Assembly: GCF_964355755.1 (NCBI RefSeq)
Contig: NC_092675.1
Span: 29,980,912 to 30,044,911 of the forward strand
Source of the DNA: Antedon mediterranea
Taxonomy: Eukaryota > Animalia > Echinodermata
Direction: 5' to 3'
Length of the DNA: 64,000 nt
The notes below the pieces were generated by a model. The model was not told where the DNA came from, did no database searches, and worked only from the letters and a program-made list of their open reading frames with translations. Within the stretch, counting starts at the first letter, position 1, and every line of letters begins with the position of its first letter. A program made the position numbers and the translations under genes. Below, one piece after another: positions 28,843 through 41,100 of this stretch.

Positions 28843-31800
28843 TTAACATTGCTGGTTTTGGCCCCTGAATCACATTAGGCCTACTGTATATATTTGTCCC
28901 ATCATACCTATACCTAAGAATGTCAACTACAACTGTTGTTCTAAATATACAGTAGTAGAAAGCTTATTAATATTTTCAGTTATCAAAAAGTAAATAAAAA
29001 ATTCCTTCTCATGTCTGATTTATGTGTTGAAATGTACCCAAGATAAATAATGTATATAATTAATAAAGAAGAATCAGTAACATTTCCAAAACAAATAAAT
29101 ACAATTTGAAAAGTATAAAACTGACATAAACAATGTCAATCTCACATTCTCAACAGATATGGAAACACCTGTAGTTTTTATACCTTTTAAAGTGCCGTCA
29201 AATCAATTTATGTTTATTGATCAATGTTCCATATTTATACTGATTTATATATTTTTCTATTTTTGTCTTGCGCAAGTGACTCCCTGTAGCATTTCTTAAT
29301 AAGCCATCAATACAAAAACGAGTAATATGAAATTTTTTAGTTTTGTCAATGCCAGATATAATCTATATAAACAATCGTATTTCTATTTGATTACTAAAAT
29401 GCATTCTCCTTATTGACCGATTAGCAACCTGCATAATTTATTTAAAATCAAAATTAAAGACCAATGACAAATTAAAGATTAAAACCTTTCTAAGAATGAA
29501 TACCTGCTGGTTTTATAGTCAATTACCTATTCTACTGCAATTACTGATTCCATTATAGTTTGGAAATACGAAATTACATCACTTAAACAATAGGATAATA
29601 ACACAGTGCTTGCTACACGTCATGCCGCGGTCAGCTAACATGGCAATAAGCTCTCAAAACAAGTCCACGGCACATATTATAAGTAGCCTATCCAGATTTA
29701 ATCAATTTAATTTGACTTTATTTAAAGTATTACATAGATAAATATCTCTGGGTTGTACAATTGTAGGACTATTTAATTATATATTCACCCACCAAAAAAG
29801 GTAAACGAACGAGAATTAGAAAAGTATGCTTTGTTTATGAAATTGATAGCAAATACAGTATGATCTTTCAATGGAAATACTGAAAAAATATGTTTTATCG
29901 CAGTTCAATTCAATGAAGCATTGAGGCGTCTACAAAAGTATTTTTAGATAGTTTATTACATAGATAGTATCTACTGTAGTAAACGTTTATATATTACGAG
30001 TTTTAAATCATGAAAAAAGGTGTACAAATAAAAAATATACAGACAGTACAGGTAGATTCATTTTGATACACCAAATCGGCAATTAGATTTTATATTGTTT
30101 ATATTGTGTATAGTACACAACGACGATGACGGACTAGACACGAAATAGTTGATTTACTGATAGTTGGACATGATGAGATAATAAAAAAAAGGAAAGAAAA
30201 AAGTGTGATAGAATGTAAAAACTTTAAAATATAATAATCATATTGAAAATAATTGGTGGTAAACTCTCCAACAATAAACACAGATAATCTAGCACACCCT
30301 CCTTACTATGTCGAAGGTAAAAAAAATTTGTCCTGTAGAAAGAACACCCGCTCCTGATAAATAAATTTATATTCTGAAAATGATTTGAATATAACAGTAC
30401 CAGTAATAAATATTTGAAAATATAGTTAAATAAAATCATTATTGGCAAGGTGTTTGCAACAATAAGCTGCAGATTGAAATATACATTAAACCTACCATTA
30501 CCTAGCATTATGCTAGATGGTTAAACCACACTTTTGGAATTTATGACATCATTTTTAAAACAATTGACAGTCACAACATTTCAAGGTCATTTACTGTAAA
30601 GCTATTATATATTTATTAGTTATAATGGAATATACTGTATGTACAAACCTTGAAACCTTCAAAACACTAAGTTTTTAGTACACATTCAGAAAAACAAGAA
30701 GCTTTCTATAATAAGGTGATGCGGGAAAAACCACACTACTGTAGTACACATTAAAAGAAAGAAAATAATTACAATTTTGCAATGTAGCTGAGTAAATGTT
30801 GTAGATAACAATTATTGGATGTACTGAAGGTGTTGCGCCATGAGCAAGCTTTTACCAATGATACAGTGTAGGGGTAGTAATCAAAAATAGGATTGAGTGG
30901 AGGAGTGAACTATGTTATGCATGCTCATACAACTATACAGTAATCAACTCAAAGAAGTCTATGATATCAGGCATGGACAACAGAGTAGTGTACACTATTG
31001 TCTTTTAGTCACTACAGTAATGTCAATTAAACATGAGTGTGTATCACTGTCAGAAATTTATAAAAAGTCTCTCCTCACACAAATATTTACAATCCCTATA
31101 ACCTTGATATAATGTCAACCTCTTTACATGGCAAGAAAATATTTTAAAAATTATTGACTTACTGATTTAACTACATTTTTACTGCAGTATTTGTAGTAAA
31201 CAGGATAAAAAGTGTGTAGTTACTGCAGTAACTGCAGTACAAACATTTTGACATGGTCCATAAGATAAAAATAAATATATGAATCATTGAAATAAAATAA
31301 ATATTATAGAAAAAATGTGTGACGTTATACAATATGTACAGTAACATAAACCTCATGTTCTCAAATCCCAATTGGAGAAATCAATTGAAACGTGAAATTA
31401 CTATTTTTTTATTAGCTGAATGTGTTTCTGACATTAATGTTTAGTGAAACATCTTGATTCAGTTTACATGGTGAATTCAATTTTTTTTTTAATATGATTG
31501 ATTTAAAATAGAGGACATTTTTGGAAAATATTAACTTAACCTATTAATCTCTTGTACTCAATAAAAACAAAAAATAGGAACATGGTGGTAGTGGATTTGG
31601 TGGGGAGGGGGTGAATGGTGTAAATGTATTTAATTTATGTTCCATATTTCAAAATACCAGATCTGCCACTCAAAATTCAAAACAGGAAAGTGCTATACCA
31701 TGGTGTTGCATACAATATTCTTCACTAATTGGGTATCTATTGAAATATTCAAAGTAGCCACTTCATTCAGTATGTTAATTGTCCTCATTAGAGGTAAATG

Positions 31801-32371
31801 AACAAAACTCATCTCCAATTAAGACAAACAACAGGTTGAAGGCCTTCTGGTGTAGGTCAAAGGTTGATTGTTTATTACAGTATGGACACAAGTGACCACC
31901 GCATCTTCAAAAGAGGTATTTTTAACTGATCAGGGTACAAAGGTCAAAACAAAGAACAGATACTGTTCATTGTACTATTTACAATTAGTTCTATTGTCCA
32001 ATATTTAGGGTTAATGCACATTTGGTATTTCTGGTATTTTTAGTCATAAATGTACACTCATAATATCATGATCTATATTGAAAAATGTATTTTGTGTTCA
32101 CCTGATTTAAAGATCAGCAAAAAACAGTAATATTTAATATTAAATCAATGACTAATATTATAGCAAATATATGATTATGTTTCTGTTATAATTAAGTAGA
32201 CCCGTAATGTATTCATTTTTCGTAAAAATATCGTATCTTTAGATTTGGTTCGTCTCCTTGTGTGACATTGAATTTGTCTTTTGCGACGGATTAACGACAA
32301 AACGACTTTTTTGACATTTTTGGAGAAACTTTTAAATACAGAAGTTACAGTAGTAAAATAAACGGACTTAC

Positions 32372-32637
32372 CTTTTTGATTTAGGATACTTCTTGAATTC
32401 TTTTTGTGTCGCTTCTTGAACGGATTGTAGTGATTGAGGTTCTGCTGAAATACCTAAGGCCCTTTTTTTAGTATAAACAGTAGAACGACCGATAGTTGGA
32501 AGCACAGATTGAAATTTATCTACGGTCGTACGTAATTCGGCCAATTCCACATCTTTCGCCTTAACCAAGTATTCCAGTTCTTCTATACGCCTATCTTTCT
32601 CCCGAAGTTCTTTCTTTAATTCATATAAACTACCCAT
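32372..32637 (-). CDS. PRKG1: cGMP-dependent protein kinase (PKG I / foraging type), first coding exon; the rest lies left of the window
   Basis: MGSLYELKKELREKDRRIEELE..DKFQSVLP..KKRALGISAEP..KKYPKSK is a leucine zipper plus the PKG pseudosubstrate (KRxxISAEP). Donor AG|GTAAGT at 32372/32371, phase 2; upstream acceptor TTTTTATTTGGTTTCAG| at 32673/32672. Confidence 0.9.
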
Positions 32638-33846
32638 GTTGTTAAATTGTTTTGTCTGTCCAAGACCAGCTCCTGAAACCAAATAAAAACGATTCAAAAG
32701 TTGGCCAGGGCGACGCAGATCTGCTGGGCGCTTCGAATGTTGTTTGATGCGACTCGCCGCAATACAAGCTCTCTGCTGCTGCCTGCCTGCGTACCCCCTG
32801 CAAGGCCACTAAGTTCACACTTTAACCGCTTTCGTATCGCTTCACGCTTCACTGGTTAGCATGCTCTTGTTTACTTAACTTCTTCTTCCGCATGAATCTG
32901 CATATCGTAATGTTTACAAACTCATGTGTGCGACAAAAAATGAGTATTTATGATTGGCACTCTTGTCAGTCAAAATACTAAATATATACCGCAGCACTAG
33001 TATTCAATCCGAAAGGTCATCGACTATTGAAAGCCATGGGTCGCTGGTTGGTTGATAGGCCTATAATGATAATGATACCACCACAAGAGATAATGATGTA
33101 GGCCTAACGTTCAAATTTATTACTTTGCGATTGCATCGTCTTCCTTACGAATAAATTGGTTTTTTTTAAATTGCGTGTCTTAATTAGAGATAACAATGAA
33201 TCTCTCTGTAATGAACACCGTTCCCCTAAAATAATCATCAACCTCCACTCCTAAATAAACTAAACCTAATAATCTCTACAAAACGCACAATCGTGCGCGT
33301 CCAATATCGCGTGCGGCTAATTACCTACTGTCATTCATCACAGTACAATAAATTCATTTAGACGGGCGTAGATGGAGGCGTATAGACCCGTATATTTTAA
33401 GATATAAATCAGTCGGTGTTCCTATTTCCTAGAATATCCAATTATCCGTAGTAGGCCTAACGCAATCAAATAACTAAGTCACCTCATTACAAATTACAAT
33501 TTGTCGTTAGCTAAGTTTCGTATAAATGATTGCCGTCACAAAAACACGGATTTGTCTACCGGGAAAAAACGGATGTTAAATTAGGCCTATAACTTCAGTA
33601 GGCCTACAGTATAAGCACACTAACACTATAGGCAAGTTATTTAATTAATTATTCGTTGATTTTCCAACTGTGATACTGTGATGGAGTCAATTGGGTAGTT
33701 ATTGTTTAACCAATGATAAAACGACTATTAAGTATGGCACAGGGCGGTTTGTTGTACTGTAAATAGTCTGATGATACGAGGAGGCGGCGGGTATTTTTAT
33801 CTATGGTTCAAATTTGAAGTAGAATATGAGATCAATAATTACTGAC

Positions 33847-34275
33847 CCTCTGCCTCAATTTCTAGGCCCTAGATCTACAACTGATCTCTCTATAACAACA
33901 ACATTCCCTGAGTCTCAATCTGCCTTTTAATTTTTATGAGTTTAATCGCGGTCTTTATACACTGGTAAGGAATTAGATGTGGTCCGAATGCATGATATTG
34001 ACAGTGACGTGTGGAGATGAATGCGGTGACTGACTTATGAACTCTGCTGGTTTTCGTGAACACGAATAAGATTTCGATGATTCTGCTGTGATAGCACAAA
34101 TGACATAGCGAATAAAATTTCGATGATTCTGTATGACATGGTGCTTCAAAATAGTGTAATACTACATTATATAGGACGTACTGTAGTAGTAGTAGTTTGA
34201 CCAATCACAAGTTGAAGTGGAAACCGGGTTTTAACAAAAGTTTATGAATGTAATATTGGTAGAGGGCGCTATTAC
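33847..34275 (-). promoter_or_regulatory. Candidate upstream promoter and non-coding first exon of PKG
   Basis: CCAAT boxes (~34201, ~34256), CTCF-like GGTAGAGGGCGCTA (34258), CpG retained, minus-strand donor GAGG|GTCAGT at 33847/33846. Confidence 0.4.
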
Positions 34276-36499
34276 ATTAAACCGCATACAACGGTACAAA
34301 TTAAATCTACTGAGAGGCCTACTGACTACAATTTTTACACACATAGTACGGCTGTAACTTTAGCTAGAGGTATATACATAGACTCACGCCCCATGTTTCT
34401 GACAGCTACAGATATCGGTATCCGCTGTTTATTTGAATTAATGCTACATTACCCAATCATCATAAATGTGTCATATCAGAAAACATACAGATACAGATAC
34501 AGATCAGGTCATACAAACCAATATAGTACAGTATGAAATTTGTCTTCTTGTTGCGAAAAAGAATACACTTAATTAATAGAAAACTTAGTTACAACGCATG
34601 CAAAATACAATACCTTTATCAACAATGTATATACTAATAATCTAAGTTTGTTTTTATTAAATACACTGACTGCTGAAGGTAGAAAGGAATTCCTAGACCG
34701 AGTTGTTTTAATACGCATCATTCTTAACTATAAACTCTCCATGCAAAGGATAGTTGTATTATACAGTACGAGCAATAATTGGTAAGGCAAAGTTCACTGG
34801 ACGTGAATCTCTTAATAAATAAATACTTTAAAATTACAACTAAGAACATAGTAGGCCTAAAGCGACACGTTGCTATCCAGACCCCAGGTCCAATTTTGAG
34901 AACGTGCATGGTGACATTCTCAGTAGTCCAACTCAATCTTGAATTTTCCTCAACTTACCCGATTTTTTTTCGTCACAAATTACTGTATTTGGCGAATCCT
35001 TGTGGTTCCGGTGGGAAGGACTTGAATGGCGAACCACAGCCGATCCCATTGCTTCAACCCACAACTATCAATTCACGAAAACACATTCCTAAATTATTCA
35101 GAGAAAAAAATGATTGTGTTATCGTATCGTAAAGATGTTTATAATTAATATCGTTGTCATGAAAGCCAAAAGTTCGAAAAGAAAGGCCTAAAGCTATTGT
35201 CAGATTACAATATGAAATATTACTAACTGCATCTTAATTATTATAAAAAATGAATTATATTCGGGTACATATTATTTCATAGATTTCAAATTCAATAGCT
35301 AAGACAGTAATCAAAAGAAATTTTAGAATTATTTCATTTCACTAATAACAGCTTTCCAGTTTTGTTTAATCATCAATAAAGTATCAATAGGTTGAACAGT
35401 GCTTTGTACATAGTCCACAATACTCAATTAAGGCCTATGTTTGAAAAACCATTAAAGGTAGAATTAAATTGCACAGTTAGAAAATTATCTGTATTAGTCC
35501 CTTTAATAAAGTCTTAATTTAGCCTGTAGTGTATCCTGGGTAATTGCGAAACCGGACTCATAGAATGCTAATTATTACAAAAGTGAAAGCTAAAAAAAGA
35601 TAGTACATGTCGTATCGTACATTTCAACATTGGTCTCAAATCAGGTTATATAAATTTATTATGCATTTTCCTTGATTCCCATAGCGCAACGCATGGGCGT
35701 ACGTACGTGCAACGCGCAGTATAGTCACAAGCGGCGGAAAATTGACCAATAGGCTTAAGTGTGATCGGTCAAATTACTTACAATGTCCTGTCCTTGCTTT
35801 CCGTCCTAGTGAGAAAAACACCTTATTTAGGCAAAATACCGTATAATAATAGCAACAGGTACATAGACATCAAATTGGTGCATTCCGTTGCTATGTTGTT
35901 ACCATTATAAACAATGTATCGTAAGTCTGTCAACGATGTACCAATAAGATAGCTACGGTAATGTGTCATAATTAAATAACTCTAGGCTAAACAAATAAGA
36001 AAGCTTACCCTTATAATTGGTTCAAAATGTTACCATAGAGAGGTCTTGGATAATTCAAATTAATATGCGAATTTATGACATATGACGACTAACAAGATTT
36101 TGTTTCTTTTGACAATTGCGATAATAAAATGGTTCCAAATACAATTTATAATTGCACTTTGGAGTGTCAGCGTGCAGCTGTGAATACCAAAGCAAGATAC
36201 GTAGATCATAAAGTCCAGTTATTACAATGCAAACACGGATACAATCGGGATGGACGAGTGAGTTAAGACATTATTTACTTTACAGATGCCTACACATGCA
36301 TTCGATATATACTAAATATATCTATTATATAAAGGGTTACTGTAGACAATAGAGTTATTTATGCGTCCATTGCATGATCGGTCATTGCACTTTAGGTACA
36401 CATTGCGTCTTTGTAGGTAGACCTGGCGTGTTTTGTGGTACGTTTCGACAAACAATGCCAAATTTACCAATTCTATGTTGATTAACTACACGTAATTTT

Positions 36500-36860
36500 G
36501 TGCGTAGAAACACAAATAAGACCAGAGTTCGTGGTTTTGTGAGCAAAAAATACGAAGAGCAGTTTGTGATTTCAAGTGCGCAGAAAACACGAAGAGCTGA
36601 GCGGTTTGTGATTTCAAGTGCGCAGACAACACCGGGTTCATGATTTTGTGCGCAAACACGAGAGGTTCGTGATTTTGTACGTAGAACATGAAGAAATGTT
36701 CATGATTTTGTGGCAAGAGCTAAGAGTCGCGAATGCGCAGAAATCACGAAGTAGCCGACGTGGTATAATGCAAACTCACGAAAAGCGTAGTTTGGTACCG
36801 GGTTTGGTACTAAGTCAGAAATAAACGTGGGTAATTTGGTTCACGAAAATGACGAAGAAG
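36500..36860. repeat. Degenerate tandem/subterminal repeats (GTTCGTGATTTTGTG / CACGAA motifs)
   Basis: GTTTGTGATTTCAAGTGCGCAGA twice and several TTCRTGATTTTGT units; probably a DNA transposon relic. Confidence 0.55.
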
Positions 36861-37751
36861 GGTGCGTTATTATAGACAGACTAATGGATGGGTTACTCGG
36901 TGCACGAAACAGAATGTATTTTATCCGCGCAATTAAATGGGATGACAGGGTCGATGATTATTATTATTATGAGATTCAAAGATAAATTATATTAGTAAAG
37001 TAATATATAATAAACATGTTTTAAATAAATAATAATAATGCCTATTATTTATAGGTCTACTGGGTTAACCCAAGATGTCAAATTAAGAATTGATGCCGCT
37101 TCCTTGAGGTGTATATGGTAGCTAGAAACAGGATAAAGGGAAACGATATAAAAGTAAAGCCGGATAAATATGATATTAATAATGTTATTAACAAATTGTA
37201 CTTGCATTCTTCTTTGAAGAAAGTAAGTTGAGTCCACTGTGAAGGATAGAGCGATAATTCACAATATCCGGCTTAGTCATATTTAGCTCAGAAGTGTTCA
37301 CACTTTGACTACATTTACGAACAGTGCATGAGCAAGCCAGCTATAACTACAACTCGATCCTGTATGTTGTACACAATAAACGCGTTATAGGTCCTACTGC
37401 TGTTCTGGCGATGACCCTATAAAGATTCAATGTTAGCAGATGTCTCCACGGTAAGCTTACTCGTTTATTATAATGTTAAGGTGCGGTTCCATTGTTATTG
37501 TTTAAAAAAAAACCACAGATGAACAATTTCATTAAAAAAAATTTACATCGAAAGAAGAATAGCTAGCGATGATGATGTGTAAACAGTAATGACAAAATAT
37601 AGAGCTCGAAAATGCCTTCATAGGTTAATCGAGACAACTTTATTGTTCGTGGTGGTAGGTAGGTAGGATGTTTCCTCACACCTAGATGTCAGGACAGATG
37701 TCAGAACTATATATAGTAACTGTTTCATAATCGGTTGGAAAGTAGGCCTTA

Positions 37752-37900
37752 AGCTTTGTCTACAATATCAAACTGTATGTGAAAATGTGATGTACCCATG
37801 GACATGATAATGTCATCACTACCATATTTGGGCATATCACTACCATATTTAGGCACATCACACTTTTTTATCAAACTGGTTTGACAGTGTAGACAGAGCT
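37752..37900. mobile_element. MITE family A
   Basis: Both TIRs and core. Confidence 0.85.
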
Positions 37901-38115
37901 CAATACCCATACAAAACAGTGTAGGCTACAGAGTTGTAAATCCATGGTCTGGGGCACTTTTACTTAATTGTAAACTGTAATATTTTTTTTTTAAATTCTC
38001 AGTATCGATAACATGACAATGTGTATTGAAAATGTATTGTTTATTTAACGATCATAACGTCAATAAGGAAGTGTACCTAGCGAACCGAGGCAATATTGCC
38101 TTCACTCTAACTAAC

Positions 38116-41100
38116 ATGGATACCAGGTCGTCATCTAGTTTGTTTCCTAGTAGAAGATCTAATCCTAGACGAAGATCGACAATTCAAGAGCAGGGACTGA
38201 TACGTGCCATTCTCAACAATGACAGTGAAGAAGTTCAACGATTAATCGACGAGGAAAAGGTTGAAATAGGCACATTAACAGAAGTAAGTTATTTTATTAT
38301 TTTATAGGAACTTGTGGATTACAAGAATGTAATAGGCCCTAATCATAATTTTTCAAAATGAACAATATTACAAAAAATTCAACAATTATATTTAGTTACC
38401 GTTGCATAATGTATATAAGCCCAGTAATAAATGTTATAATCGTGTTATATTAATGTATTATGTTTAATAGGCCTAGAACCCCAAATGTAAGAAATGTCAC
38501 AAGACATCCGTCAGGATGATCGTCACTTGTGATTGGTCAAATACGTTCCACTGCGTTCTTGCGCAATGCGATGCGTCAAGGAGTGAGATCTCTTTGCATA
38601 TTACAAGATACAAGAAGCTTTATTTGTCTTCGTAAAGAAATGTTGGTTGAGAAAAGTATAAAACAGTAAAAATCTTTAAAAAGTTTAAAAGAGTATTGTT
38701 ACGAATAAATATTATATTAATATATGATATTATGATGAGAAAAAAAAACAAAGAATCCAATTGATACAAAATCATTATGAGAGAAATTAACGTGTTGTTA
38801 GATTGTTCCTTGGTCGGGGATGCTGTTTGTTGAAAATTAAATTATTTTTGTTTTCAAAATAGCTTGGAAAAACATCTTTCCACCTTGCAGCTGCGAATGG
38901 TTACGGATCAATTTGTGAAATTCTAATCAAGGCCAATGCTGATGTTAATAGTACTGACATGGTGAGGATTAAATAATTAATATTATTGAATCACGAGCAT
39001 ACTGATATAATACTAAGTTATTAAATGAATAAAAACATCACTGGTTTCGATTACTGTAAAACAGTAATTTTAACTTACGTTTCAAGAGAGTTTCGTCAGG
39101 TTTACAATCAATGTACACTACATATACATATACATATACATATATACAAATCAATGATGTTGCGTAGCACTGTGTAAATTATATATAAATCATACTGTAA
39201 ATTATAGAAACAGTGCTCATATTCGGAACATGATCTCATAATCGCGTCGAGCATAGCTCATTGGCGAAAGTTCCGTATTTTTTAGTTGTATGAAAAAATG
39301 TCTCTGGCTGGATTCGAACCTGCAACCTCCCGCTTACAGGGCGAGTATCATGCCACTAGACCACAGAGCCATGTATGGTATTATCACAGATTTTCACCCA
39401 CCAGATACATTCTCTCATACAACAAACGCCCTCACAATCAGTGGAGGCTTAACAAGTCAGAATAATCCAGCCAGAGACATTTTTTCATACAACTAAAAAA
39501 TACGGAACTTTCGCCAATGAGCTATGCTCGACGCGATTATGAGATCATGTTCCGAATATGAGCACTGTTTCTATAATTTACAGTATGATTTACATATATA
39601 CATATACATATACATACATTAGGTCATAGACGCATATGCGCTTTTGTCCCTGTTTTCCAAATAAATGTAAGTTAAATAAAAAAAATGAAAATGAAAGAAA
39701 TGAAAACAAAGATAGGCCTATATGTCTTTTATGAATTATGCGTTCTATTTGTAGAAAAAGTAATTTTTAGTTAACCTGAACAATGTCACAGTTTATAAAA
39801 GTACAGCACGTACAGATGGGGAACTAAACACAATACTGTTACGTACGCGTTAATAGGCCTAAACTATATCCTAAACTAATTCTAAAGGTGTGTCTATTTC
39901 TTCCTATATCCGGACTTTCAATGCCAACCATTATTTAAAAAAAATGTTAATACTATTTCTTTTGTTATACTCTCTGAACTAATATAACAATTATTGTTAT
40001 ACTGTACTTATAACTGGAGACTCAGTGGATTATTGATGTACTCTGATCTTTAAGCGTGGTTCCCACTAGCGACGCAACACAAGGACGTAACGCAACGCAA
40101 GTGAATTGACCAATCACAAGCGATGGCTTATTTGCTTGTGATTGCTAACTGTCTATAACTTCGCTTGTCATTGGTTAAAACGCTTGCGTTGCGTTTACGT
40201 CCTTGCGTTACGTTCTAGTGGGAACCAAGCTTTAGTGTTAAGCGTTATCTAAACAAGAAATATTTCTTACAAAAAGCATCGCTCATCTGACGATAAAGCA
40301 TGGTTCCCACTAGAACGCAACGCAGCGACGTATTGAAGCAAAGTGATGTATTGCATAATCACAAGTGGGAACCGACGACGCAACATTGCTGCAAAAATCG
40401 CAGGTTTGATTTCACGTAGGCGGGGGGAAACACAATGGTTGGAAGGGCATTTTCATACGTTGCGTAGATTGCGTTACGTTGCGTCGCTTGGGAACCACGC
40501 AGGAACGGCGTGGAAATCTGTTTAATTTTTAAACAATAGGCTACTACACGAATTTATTTTTTGTAACGTAATTATTAAGCTTTAACAATTTAAAAAGTTT
40601 TATAACGTGGCCATTTAAATATTATATTAATTTGTAATCGTGTTAGCTTTGTAGGTGTTTATACTGCGATTGAGTTCAGTGAATGTATGGTATTTTATTG
40701 ATTATTAAATGAATAAAACAATGTTTCTCAAGCAAGTCTACACTACCGGTACCTTTATGTGACAACAACAAATGTGATGTGCCCATATGGACATGATGAT
40801 GTCATATCACTGCCATACTTGGATATTATCACTACCATATTTTGGCACATCACGATTTTTTTTGTCAAACTAGCTTGATAGTGTAGACAGAGCTTTAGAT
40901 TCACGTGTGGCAATAGAAACCCTTATTAAAGTTATGCTCTAAGTTTGTTCGTTTTGATTTCACAATGCATCAAACTTGTTATTTATACAGATTAATTCAA
41001 AGTATTAAATAAAAGATGCAAAGCCTGCGGAAAAGACCAAATAAGCTCAATATAGAGCTTTAAGCCTGGTTTCACCAGTACAAAATTACGAAACCCACAG

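Noticed and set aside
32638-32697. N-terminal extension of PKG in the ORF track
   Set aside because: Starts at a non-ATG codon and crosses a splice acceptor; MGSL at 32637 fits PKG.
39210-39280. SECIS-like reading of ATGA...GA stems in the foldback arm
   Set aside because: No apical AA at the required spacing and no UGA-containing ORF nearby.
39299-39370. Functional tRNA-Thr
   Set aside because: Stem mismatches, C33 and Pro-like body; reported as tRNA-like only.
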